Shown one piece after another: positions 43,001 to 56,800 of a stretch of DNA of 64,000 nucleotides. This DNA is from the human T2T-CHM13v2.0 reference genome, Homo sapiens. Position 1 is the stretch's first letter; each line of letters opens with the position of its first letter. The position numbers and the translations under genes are program-made. The DNA lies in NCBI RefSeq assembly GCF_009914755.1, contig NC_060925.1. The stretch is one strand, 5' to 3'. The notes beneath the pieces were generated by a model. It saw only the letters and a list, made by a program, of their open reading frames with translations. It made no database searches and was not told the origin of the DNA.

Positions 43001-46000
43001 GTGGAATCGAATGGAATTATGATCAAATGGAATCGAATGTAATCATCATCAAATGGAATCAAAAATAACAATCATCAATTGGTATTGAATGGAATTGTCA
43101 TCAAATGGAATTCAAAGGAATCATCATCAAATGGAACCGAATGGAATCCTCATTGAATGGAAATGAAAGAGGTCATCATCTAATGGAATCGCATGGAATC
43201 ATCATCAAATGGAATCGAATGGAATCATCATCAAATGGAATCTAATGGAATCATTGAACAGAATTGAATGGAATCGTCATCGAATGAATTGAATGCAATC
43301 ATCGAATGGTCTCGAATGGAATCATCTTCTAATGGAAAGGAATGGAATCATCGCATAGAATCGAATGGAATTATCATCGAATGGAATCGAATGGTATCAA
43401 CACCAAACGGAAAAAAACGGAATTATCGAATGGAATCGAAAAGAATCTTCGAACGGACCCGAATGGAATCATCTAATGGAATGGAATGGAATAATCCATG
43501 GACTCGAATGCAATCATCATCGAATGGAATCGAATGGAATCATCGAATGGACTCGAATGGAATAATCATTGAACGGAATCGAATGGAATCATCATCGGAT
43601 GGAAACGAATGGAATCATCATCGAATGGAAATGAAAGGAGTCATCATCTAATGCAATTGCATGGAATCATCATCAAATGGAATCGAATGGAATCAACATC
43701 AAATGGAATCTAATGGAATCATTGAACAGAATTGAATGGAATCGTCATCGAATGAATTGACTGCAATCATCGAATGGTCTCGAATGGAATCATCTTCAAA
43801 TGGAATGGAATGGAATCATCGAATAGAATCGAATGGAATTATCATCGAATGGAATCGAATGGAATCAACATCAAACGGAAAAAAACGGAATTATCGAATG
43901 GAATCGAAGAGAATCATCGAATGGACCCGAATGGAATCATCTAATGGAATGGAATGGAATAATCCATGGACTCGAATGCAATCATCATCGAATGGAATCG
44001 AATGGAATCATCGAATGGACTCGAATGGAATAATCATTGAACGGAATCGAATGGAATCATCATCGGATGGAAATGAATAGAATCATCATCGAATGGAATC
44101 GAATAGAATTATGGAATGAAATCCAGTGTGATCATCATCGAATGGACCCGAATGGAATCATCATCCAACAGAAGCTAATGGAATCAACATCGAATGAATC
44201 GAATGGAAACACCATCGAATTCAAACGAATGGAATTACCATGAAATTGAAATGGATGGACTCATCATCGAATGGATTCGGATGGAATCATCGAATAAAAT
44301 TGATTGAAATCATCATCGAATGAAATCGAATGGTATCATTGAATGGAATCGAATGGAATCATCATCAGATGGAAATGAATGGAATCGTCATAGAATGGAA
44401 TCGAATGGATTCATTGAATGGAATCAGATGGAATCATCGAATGGACTGGAATGGAATCATTGAATGGACTCGAAAGGGATCATGATTGAATGGAATTGAA
44501 TGGAATCATCGAATGGTCTCGATTGGAATCATTATCAAATGGAATCGAATGGAATCACCGAATAGAATCGAATGGAACAATCATCGAATGGACTCAAATG
44601 GAATTATCCTTAAATGGAATCGAATGGAATTATCGAATGCAATCGAATAGAATCATCGAATGGACTCGAATGGAATCATCGAACGGAATGGAATGGAACA
44701 GTCAATGAACTCGAATGGAATCATCATTGAATGGAATCGAATGGAATCATCGAGTGGAATCGAATGGAATTATGATCAAATGGAATCGAATGTAATCATC
44801 ATCAAATGGAATCAAAAATAACCATCATCAATTGGTATTGAATGGAATTGTCATCAAATGGAATTCAAAGGAATCATCATCAAATGGAACCGAATGGAAT
44901 CCTCATTGAATGGAAATGAAAGGGGTCATCATCTAATGGAATCGCATGGAATCATCATCAAATGGAATCGAATGGAATCATCATCAAATGGAATCTAATG
45001 GAATCATTGAACAGAATTGAATGGAATCGTCATCGAATGAATTGAATGCAATCATCGAATGGTCTCGAATGGAATCATCTTCTAATGGAAAGGAATGGAA
45101 TCATCGCATAGAATCGAATGGAATTATCATCGAATGGAATCGAATGGTATCAACACCAAACGGAAAAAAACGGAATTATCGAATGGAATCGAAGAGAATC
45201 TTCGAACGGACCCGAATGGAATCATCTAATGGAATGGAATGGAATAATCCATGGACTCGAATGCAATCATCATCGAATGGAATCGAATGGAATCATCGAA
45301 TGGACTCGAATGGAATAATCATTGAACGGAATCGAATGGAATCATCATCGGATGGAAACGAATGGAATCATCATCGAATGGAAATGAAAGGAGTCATCAT
45401 CTAATGGAATTGCATGGAATCATCATAAAATGGAATCGAATGGAATCAACATCAAATGGAATCAAATGGAATCATTGAACGGAATTGAATGGAATCGTCA
45501 TCGAATGAATTGACTGCAATCATCGAATGGTCTCGAATGTAATCAGATTCTAATGGAAAGGAATGGAATCATCGCATAGAATCGAATGGAATTAACATTG
45601 AATGGACTCGAATGGAATCAACATCAAACGGAAAAAAACGGAATTATCGAATGGAATCGAAGAGAATCATCGAATGGTCTCGAATGGAATCATATTCTAA
45701 TGGAAAGGAATGGAATTATCGCATAGAATCGAATGGAATTAACATTGAATGGACTCGAATGGAATCAACATCAAATGGAATCAAGCGGAATTATCGAATG
45801 AAATCGAAGAGAATCATCGAATGGACTCGAATGGAATCATCTAATGGAATGGAATGGAATAATCCACGGACTCGAATGCAATCATCATCGTATAGAATCG
45901 AATGGAATCATCGAATGGACTCGAATGGAATAACCATTGAACGGAAGCGAATGGAATCATCATCGGATGGAAACGAATGGAATCATCATCGAATGGAAAT

Positions 46001-49000
46001 GTAAGGAGTCATCATCTAATGGAATTGCATGGAATCATCATAAAATGGAATCGAATGGAATCATCATCAAATGGAATCAAATGGAATCATTGAACGGAAT
46101 TGAATGGAATCGTCATCGAATGAATTGAATGCAATCATCGAATGGTTTCGAATGGAATCATCTTCAAATGGAATGGAATGGAATCATCGCATAGAATCGA
46201 ATGGAATTATCATCGAATGGAATCGAATGGTATCAACATCAAACGGAAAAAAACGGAATTATCGAATGGAATCGAAGAGAATCTTCGAACGGACCCTAAT
46301 GGAATCATCTAATGGAATGGAATGGAATAATCAATGGACTCGAATGCAATTATCATCAAATGGAATCGAATGGAATCTTTGAATGGACTCGAATGGAATA
46401 ATCATTGAACGGAATCGAATGGAATCATCATCGGATGGAAACGAATGGAATCATCATCGAATGGAAATGAAAGGAGTCATCATCTAATGGAATTGCATGG
46501 AATCATCATAAAATGGAATCGAATGGAATCAACATCAAATGGAATCAAATGGAATCATTGAACGGAATTGAATGGAATCGTCATCGAATGAATTGAATGC
46601 AATCATCGAATGGTCTCGAATGGAATCATCTTCAAATGGAATGGAATGGAATCATCGCATAGAATCGAATGGAATTATCATCGAATGGAATCGAATGGAA
46701 TCAACATCAAACGGAAAAAAACGGAATTATCGAATGGAATCGAAGAGAATCATCGAATGGACCCGAATGGAATCATCTAATGGAATGGAATGGAATAATC
46801 CATGGACTCGAATGCAATCATCATCGAATGGAATCGAATGGAATCATCGAATGGACTCGAATGGAATAATCATTGAAGGGAATCGAATGGAATCATCATC
46901 GGATGGAAATGAATGGAATCATCATCGAATGGAATCGAATAGAATTATGGAATGAAATCCAGTGTGATCATCATCGAATGGACCCGAATGGAATCATCAT
47001 CCAACGGAAGCTAATGGAATCAACATCGAATGAATCGAATGGAAACACCATCGAATTGAAACGAATGGAATTATCATGAAATTGAAATGGATGGACTCAT
47101 CATCGAATGGATTCGAATGGAATCATCGAATAAAATTGATTGAAATCATCATCCAATGGAATCGAATGGTATCATTGAATGGAATCGAATGGAATCATCA
47201 TCAGATGGAAATGAATGGAATCGTCATAGAATGGAATCGAATGGATTCATTGAATGGAATCAGATGGAATCATCGAATGGACTGGAATGGAATCATTGAA
47301 TGGACTCGAAAGGGATCATGATTGAATGGAATTGAATGGAATCATCGAATGGTCTCGATTGGAATCATTATCAAATGGAATCGAATGGAATCACCGAATA
47401 GAATCGAATGGAACAATCATCGAATGGACTCAAATGGAATTATCCTCAAATGGAATCGAATGGAATTATCGAATGCAATCGAATGGAATTATCGAATGCA
47501 ATCGAATAGAATCATCGAATGGACTCGAATGGAATCATCGAATGGAATGGAATGGAACAGTCAATGAACTCGAATGGAATCATCATTGAATGGAATCGAA
47601 TGGAATCATCGAGTGGAACCGAATGGAATTATGATCAAATGGAATCGAATGTAATCATCATCAAATGGAATCAAAAATAACCATCATCAATTGGTATTGA
47701 ATGGAATTGTCATCAAATGGAATTCAAAGGAATCATCATCAAATGGAACCGAATGGAATCCTCATTGAATGGAAATGAAAGGGGTCATCATCTAATGGAA
47801 TCGCATGGAATCATCATCAAATGGAATCGAATGGAATCATCATCAAATGGAATCTAATGGAATCATTGAACAGAATTGAATGGAATCGTCATCGAATGAA
47901 TTGAATGCAATCATCGAATGGTCTCGAATGGAATCATCTTCTAATGGAAAGGAATGGAATCATCGCATAGAATCGAATGGAATTATCATCGAATGGAATC
48001 GAATGGTATCAACACCAAACGGAAAAAAACGGAATTATCGAATGGAATCGAAGAGAATCTTCGAACGGACCCGAATGGAATCATCTAATGGAATGGAATG
48101 GAATAATCCATGGACTCGAATGCAATCATCATCGAATGGAATCAAATGGAATCATCGAATGGACTCGAATGGAATAATCATTGAACGGAATCGAATGGAA
48201 TCATCATCGGATGGAAACGAATGGAATCATCATCGAATGGAAATGAAAGGAGTCATCATCTAATGGAATTGCATGGAATCATCATAAAATGGAATCGAAT
48301 GGAATCAACATCAAATGGAATCAAATGGAATCATTGAACGGAATTGAATGGAATCGTCATCGAATGAATTGAATGCAATCATCGAATGGTCTCGAATGGA
48401 ATCATCTTCAAATGGAATGGAATGGAATCATCGCATAGAATCGAATGGAATTATCATCGAATGGAATCGAATGGAATCAACATCAAACGGAAAAAAACGG
48501 AATTATCGAATGGAATCGAAGAGAATCATCGAATGGACCCGAATGGAATCATCTAATGGAATGGAATGGAATAATCCATGGACACGAATGCAATCATCAT
48601 CGAATGGAATCGAATGGAATCATCGAATGGACTCGAATGGAATAATCATTGAACGGAATCGAATGGAATCATCATCGGATGGAAATGAATGGAATCATCA
48701 TCGAATGGAATCGAATAGAATTATGGAATGAAATCCAGTGTGATCATCATCGAATGGACCCGAATGGAATCATCATCCAACAGAAGCTAATGGAATCAAC
48801 ATCGAATGAATCGAATGGAAACACCATCGAATTCAAAGGAATGGAATTACCATGAAATTGAAATGGATGGACTCATCATCGAATGGATTCGGATGGAATC
48901 ATCGAATAAAATTGATTGAAATCATCATCGAATGAAATCGAATGGTATCATTGAATGGAATCGAATGGAATCATCATCAGATGGAAATGAATGGAATCGT

Positions 49001-52000
49001 CATAGAATGGAATCGAATGGATTCATTGAATGGAATCAGATGGAATCATCGAATGGACTGGAATGGAATTATTGAATGGACTCGAAAGGGATCATGATTG
49101 AATGGAATTGAATGGAATCATCGAATGGTCTCGATTGGAATCATTATCAAATGGAATCGAATGGAATCACCGAATAGAATCGAATGGAACAATCATCGAA
49201 TGGACTCAAATGGAATTATCCTTAAATGGAATCGAATGGAATTATCGAATGCAATCGAATAGAATCATCGAATGGACTCGAATGGAATCATCGAACGGAA
49301 TGGAATGGAACAGTCAATGAACTCGAATGGAATCATCATTGAATGGAATCGAATGGAATCATCGAGTGGAATCGAATGGAATTATGATCAAATGGAATCG
49401 AATGTAATCATCATCAAATGGAATCAAAAATAACCATCATCAATTGGTATTGAATGGAATTGTCATCAAATGGAATTCAAAGGAATCATCATCAAATGGA
49501 ACCGAATGGAATCCTCATTGAATGGAAATGAAAGGGGTCATCATCTAATGGAATCGCATGGAATCATCATCAAATGGAATCGAATGGAATCATCATCAAA
49601 TGGAATCTAATGGAATCATTGAACAGAATTGAATGGAATCGTCATCGAATGAATTGAATGCAATCATCGAATGGTCTCGAATGGAATCATCTTCTAATGG
49701 AAAGGAATGGAATCATCGCATAGAATCGAATGGAATTATCATCGAATGGAATCGAATGGTATCAACACCAAACGGAAAAAAACGGAATTATCGAATGGAA
49801 TCGAAGAGAATCTTCGAACGGACCCGAATGGAATCATCTAATGGAATGGAATGGAATAATCCATGGACTCGAATGCAATCATCATCGAATGGAATCGAAT
49901 GGAATCATCGAATGGACTCGAATTGAATAATCATTGAACGGAATCGAATGGAATCATCATCGGATGGAAACGAATGGAATCATCATCGAATGGAAATGAA
50001 AGGAGTCATCATCTAATGGAATTGCATGGAATCATCATAAAATGGAATCGAATGGAATCAACATCAAATGGAATCAAATGGAATCATTGAACGGAATTGA
50101 ATGGAATCGTCATCGAATGAATTGACTGCAATCATCGAATGGTCTCGAATGTAATCAGATTCTAATGGAAAGGAATGGAATCATCGCATAGAATCGAATG
50201 GAATTAACATTGAATGGACTCGAATGGAATCAACATCAAACGGAATCAAGCGGAATTATCGAATGGAATCGAAGAGAATCATCGAATGGTCTCGAATGGA
50301 ATCATATTCTAATGGAAAGGAATGGAATTATCGCATAGAATCGAATGGAATTAACATTGAATGGACTCGAATGGAATCAACATCAAATGGAATCAAGCGG
50401 AATTATCGAATGAAATCGAAGAGAATCATCGAATGGACTCGAATGGAATCATCTAATGGAATGGAATGGAATAATCCACGGACTCGAATGCAATCATCAT
50501 CGTATAGAATCGAATGGAATCATCGAATGGACTCGAATGGAATAACCATTGAACGGAAGCGAATGGAATCATCATCGGATGGAAACGAATGGAATCATCA
50601 TCGAATGGAAATGTAAGGAGTCATCATCTAATGGAATTGCATGGAATCATCATAAAATGGAATCGAATGGAATCATCATCAAATGGAATCAAATGGAATC
50701 ATTGAACGGAATTGAATGGAATCGTCATCGAATGAATTGAATGCAATCATCGAATGGTCTCGAATGGAATCATCTTCAAATGGAATGGAATGGAATCATC
50801 GCATAGAATCGAATGGAATTATCATCGAATGGAATCGAATGGTATCAACATCAAACGGAAAAAAACGGAATTATCGAATGGAATCGAAGAGAATCTTCGA
50901 ACGGACCCGAATGGAATCATCTAATGGAATGGAATGGAATAATCCATGGACTCGAATGCAATTATCATCGAATGGAATCGAATGGAATCTTTGAATGGAC
51001 TCGAATGGAATAATCATTGAACGGAATCGAATGGAATCATCATCGGATGGAAACGAATGGAATCATCATCGAATGGAAATGAAAGGAGTCATCATCTAAT
51101 GGAATTGCATGGAATCATCATAAAATGGAATCGAATGGAATCAACATCAAATGGAATCAAATGGAATCATTGAACGGAATTGAATGGAATCGTCATCGAA
51201 TGAATTGAATGCAATCATCGAATGGTCTCGAATGGAATCATCTTCAAATGGAATGGAATGGAATCATCGCATAGAATCGAATGGAATTATCATCGAATGG
51301 AATCGAATGGAATCAACATCAAACGGAAAAAAACGGAATTATCGAATGGAATCGAAGAGAATCATCGAATGGACCCGAATGGAATCATCTAATGGAATGG
51401 AATGGAATAATCCATGGACTCGAATGCAATCATCATCGAATGGAATCGAATGGAATCATCGAATGGACTCAAATGGAATAATCATTGAACGGAATCGAAT
51501 GGAATCATCATCGGATGGAAATGAATGGAATCATCATCGAATGGAATCGAATAGAATTATGGAATGAAATCCAGTGTGATCATCATCGAATGGACCCGAA
51601 TGGAATCATCATCCAACAGAAGCTAATGGAATCAACCTCTAATGAATCGAATGGAAACACCATCGATTTCAAACGAATGGAATTACCATGAAATTGAAAT
51701 GGATGGACTCATCATCGAATGGATTCGGATGGAATCATCGAATAAAATTGATTGAAATCATCATCGAATGAAATCGAATGGTATCATTGAATGGAATCGA
51801 ATGGAATCATCATCAGATGGAAATGAATGGAATCGTCATAGAATGGAATCGAATGGATTCATTGAATGGAATCAGATGGAATCATCGAATGGACTGGAAT
51901 GGAATCATTGAATGGACTCGAAAGGGATCATGATTGAATGGAATTGAATGGAATCATCGAATGGTCTCGATTGGAATCATTATCAAATGGAATCGAATGG

Positions 52001-53837
52001 AATCACCGAATAGAATCGAATGGAACAATCATCGAATGGACTCAAATGGAATTATCCTTAAATGGAATCGAATGGAATTATCGAATGCAATCGAATAGAA
52101 TCATCGAATGGACTCGAATGGAATCATCGAACGGAATGGAATGGAACAGTCAATGAACTCGAATGGAATCATCATTGAATGGAATCGAATGGAATCATCG
52201 AGTGGAATCGAATGGAATTATGATCAAATGGAATCGAATGTAATCATCATCAAATGGAATCAAAAATAACCATCATCAATTGGTATTGAATGGAATTGTC
52301 ATCAAATGGAATTCAAAGGAATCATCATCAAATGGAACCGAATGGAATCCTCATTGAATGGAAATGAAAGGGGTCATCATCTAATGGAATCGCATGGAAT
52401 CATCGTCAAATGGAATCGAATGGAATCATCATCAAATGGAATCTAATGGAATCATTGAACAGAATTGAATGGAATCGTCATCGAATGAATTGAATGCAAT
52501 CATCGAATGGTCTCGAATGGAATCATCTTCTAATGGAAAGGAATGGAATCATCGCATAGAATCGAATGGAATTATCATCGAATGGAATCGAATGGTATCA
52601 ACACCAAACGGAAAAAAACGGAATTATCGAATGGAATCGAAGAGAATCTTCGAACGGACCCGAATGGAATCATCTAATGGAATGGAATGGAATAATCCAT
52701 GGACTCGAATGCAATCATCATCGAATGGAATCGAATGGAATCATCGAATGGACTCGAATGGAATAATCATTGAACGGAATCGAATGGAATCATCATCGGA
52801 TGGAAACGAATGGAATCATCATCGAATGGAAATGAAAGGAGTCATCATCTAATGGAATTGCATGGAATCATCATAAAATGGAATCGAATGGAATCAACAT
52901 CAAATGGAATCAAATGGAATCATTGAACGGAATTGAATGGAATCGTCATCAAATGAATTGACTGTAATCATCGAATGGTCTCGAATGTAATCAGATTCTA
53001 ATGGAAAGGAATGGAATCATCACATAGAATCGAATGGAATGAACATTGAATGGACTCGAATGGAATCAACATCAAACGGAATCAAGCGGAATTATCGAAT
53101 GGAATCGAAGAGAATCATCGAATGGTCTCGAATGGAATCATCTTCAAATGGAATGGAATGGAATCATCGCATAGAATCGAATGGAATTATCATCGAATGG
53201 AATCGAATGGAATCAACATCAAACGGAAAAAAACGGAATTATCGAATGGAATCGAAGAGAATCATAGAATGGTCCCGAATGGAATCGTCTAATGGAATGG
53301 AATGGAATAATCCATGGACTCGAATGCAATCATCATCGAATGGAATCGAATGGAATCATCGAATGGACTCGAATGGAATAATCATCGAACGGAATCGAAT
53401 GGAATCATCATCGGATGGAAATGAATAGAATCATCATCGAATGGAATCGAATAGAATTATGGAATGAAATCCAGTGTGATCATCATCGAATGGACCCGAA
53501 TGGAATCATCATCCAACGGAAGCTAATGGAATCAACATCCAATGAATCGAATGGAAACACCATCGAATTGAAACGAATGGAATTATCATGAAATTGAAAT
53601 GGATGGACTCATCATCGAATGGATTCGAATGGAATCATCGAATAAAATTGATTGAAATCATCATCAAATGGAATCGAATGGTATCATTGAATGGAATCGA
53701 ATGGAATCATCATCAGATGGAAATGAATGGAATCGTCATAGAATGGAATCGAATGGATTCATTGAATGGAATCAGATGGAATCATCGAATGGACTGGAAT
53801 GGAATCATTGAATGGACTCGAAAGGGATCATGATTGA
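37019..53837 (+). repeat. Complex block of expanded units (2,859 / 2,836 / 1,776 / 2,836 / 1,776 / 2,836 / 1,900 bp), including a 4,612-bp period
   Basis: Anchors at 37019, 39878, 42714, 44490, 47326, 49102, 51938 and 53838. Lengths decompose exactly into 1,776 + n x 468, +147 and -23. The 147-bp duplication starts at 38070, 40906, 45518, 50130 and 52966. Confidence 0.88.
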
Positions 53838-56800
53838 ATGGAATTGAATGGAATCATCGAATGGTCTCGATTGGAATCATTATCAAATGGAATCGAATGG
53901 AATCACCGAATAGAATCGAATGGAACAATCATCGAATGGAGTCAAATGGAATTATCCTCAAATGGAATCGAATGGAATTATCGAATGCAATCGAATGGAA
54001 TTATCGAATGCAATCGAATAGAATCATCGAATGGGATCGAATGGAATCATCGAATGGAATGGAATGGAACAGTCAATGAACTCGAATGGAATCATCATTG
54101 AATGGAATCGAATGCAATCATCGAGTGGAATCGAATGGAATTATGATCAAATGCAATCGAATGTAATCATCATCAAATGGAATCAAAAATAACCATCATC
54201 AATTGGTATTGAATGGAATTGTCATCAAATGGAATTCAAAGGAATCATCACCAAATGGAACCGAAAGGAATCCTCATTGAATGGAAATGAAAGGGGTCAT
54301 CATCTAATGGAATCGCATGGAATCATCATCAAATGGAATCGAATGGAATCATCATCAGATGGAATCTAATGGAATCATTGAACAGAATTGAATGGAATCG
54401 TCATCGAATGAATTGAATGCAATCATCGAATGGTCTCGAACGGAATCATCTTCTAATGGAAAGGAATGGAATCATCGCATAGAATCGAATGGAATTAACA
54501 TTGAATGGACTCGAATGGAATCAACATCAAACGGAATCAAGCGGAATTATCGAATGGAATCGAAGAGAATCATCGAATGGACTCGAATGGAATCATCTAA
54601 TGGAATGGAATGGAATAATCCACGGACTCGAATGCAATCATCATCGTATAGAATCGAATGGAATCATCGAAAGGACTCGAAAGGAATAATCATTGAACGG
54701 AATCGAATGGAATCATCATCGGATGGAAACGAATGGAATCATCATCGAATGGAAATGAAAGGAGTCATCATCTAATGGAATTGCATGGAATCATCATAAA
54801 ATGGAATCGAATGGAATCATCATCAAATGGAATCAAATGGAATCATTGAACGGAATTGAATGGAATCGTCATCGAATGAATTGAATGCAATCATCGAATG
54901 GTCTCGAATGGAATCATCTTCAAATGGAATGGAATGGAATCATCGCATAGAATCGAATGGAATTATCATCGAATGGAATCGAATGGAATCAACATCAAAT
55001 GGAAAAAAACGGAATTATCGAATGGAATCGAAGAGAATCATCGAATGTTCCCGAATGGAATCATCTAATGGAATGGAATGGAATAATCCATGGACACGAA
55101 TGCAATCATCATCGAATGGAATCGAATGGAATCATCGAATGGACTCGAATGGAATAATCATCAAACGGAATCGAATGGAATCATCATCGGATGGAAATGA
55201 ATAGAATCATCATCGAATGGAATCGAATAGAATTATGGAATGAAATCCAGTGTGATCATCATCGAATGGACCCGAATGGAATCATCATCCAACGGAAGCT
55301 AATGGAATCAACATCGAATGAATCGAATGGAAACACCATCGAATTGAAACGAATGGAATTATCATGAAATTGAAATGGATGGACTCATCATCGAATGGAT
55401 TCGAATGGAATCATCGAATAAAATTGATTGAAATCATCATCAAATGGAATCGAATGGTATCATTGAATGGAATCGAATGGAATCATCATCAGATGGAAAT
55501 GAATGGAATCGTCATAGAATGGAATCGAATGGATTCATTGAATGGAATCAGATGGAATCATCGAATGGACTGGAATGGAATCACTGAATGGACTCGAAAG
55601 GGATCATCATTGAATGGAATTGAATGGAATCATCGAATGGTCTCGATTGGAATCATTATCAAATGGAATCGAATGAAATCACCGAATAGAATCGAATGGA
55701 ACAATCATCGAATGGACTCAAATGGAATTATCTTCAAATGGAATCGAATGGAATTATCGAATGCAATCGAATGGAATTATCGAATGCAATCGAATAGAAT
55801 CATCGAATGGACTCGAATGGAATCATCAAATGGAATGGAATGGAACAGTCAATGAACTCGAATGGAATCATCATTGAATGGAATCGAATGGAATCATCGA
55901 GTGGAATCGAATGGAATTATGATCAAATGGAATCGAATGTAATCATCATCAAATGGAATCAAAAATAACCATCATCAATTGGTATTGTATGGATTTGTCA
56001 TCAAATGGAATTCAAAGGAATCATCATCAAATGGAACCGAATGGAATCCTCATTGAATGGAAATGAAAGGGGTCATCATCTAATGGAATCGCATGGAATC
56101 ATCATCAAATGGAATCGAATGCAATCTTCATCAAATGGAATCTAATGGAATCATTGAACAGAATTGAATGGAATCGTCATCAAATGAATTGAATGCAATC
56201 ATCGAATGGTCTCGAATGGAATCATCTTCTAATGGAAAGGAATGGAATCATCGCATAGAATCGAATGGAATTAACATTGAATGGACTCGAATGGAATCCA
56301 CATCAAACGGAATCAAGCGGAATTATCGAATGGAATCGAAGAGAATCATCGAATGGACTCGAATGGAATCATCTAATGGAATGGAATGGAATAATCCACG
56401 GACTCGAATGCAATCATCATCGTATAGAATCGAATGGAATCATCGAATGGACTCGAATGGAATAATCATTGAACGGAATCAAATGGAATCATCATCGGAT
56501 GGAAACGAATGGAATCATCATCGAATGGAAATGAAAAGAGTCATCATCTAATGGAATTGCATGGAATCATCATAAAATGGAATCGAATGGAATCAACATC
56601 AAATGGAATCAAATGGAATCATTGAACGGAATTGAATGGAATCGTCATCGAATGAATTGAATGCAATCATCGAATGGTCTCGAATGGAATCATCTTCAAA
56701 TGGAATGGTATGGAATCCTCGCATAGAATCGAATGTAATTATCATCGAATGGAATCGAATGAAATCAACAACAAACGGAAAAAAAAGGAATTATCGAATG

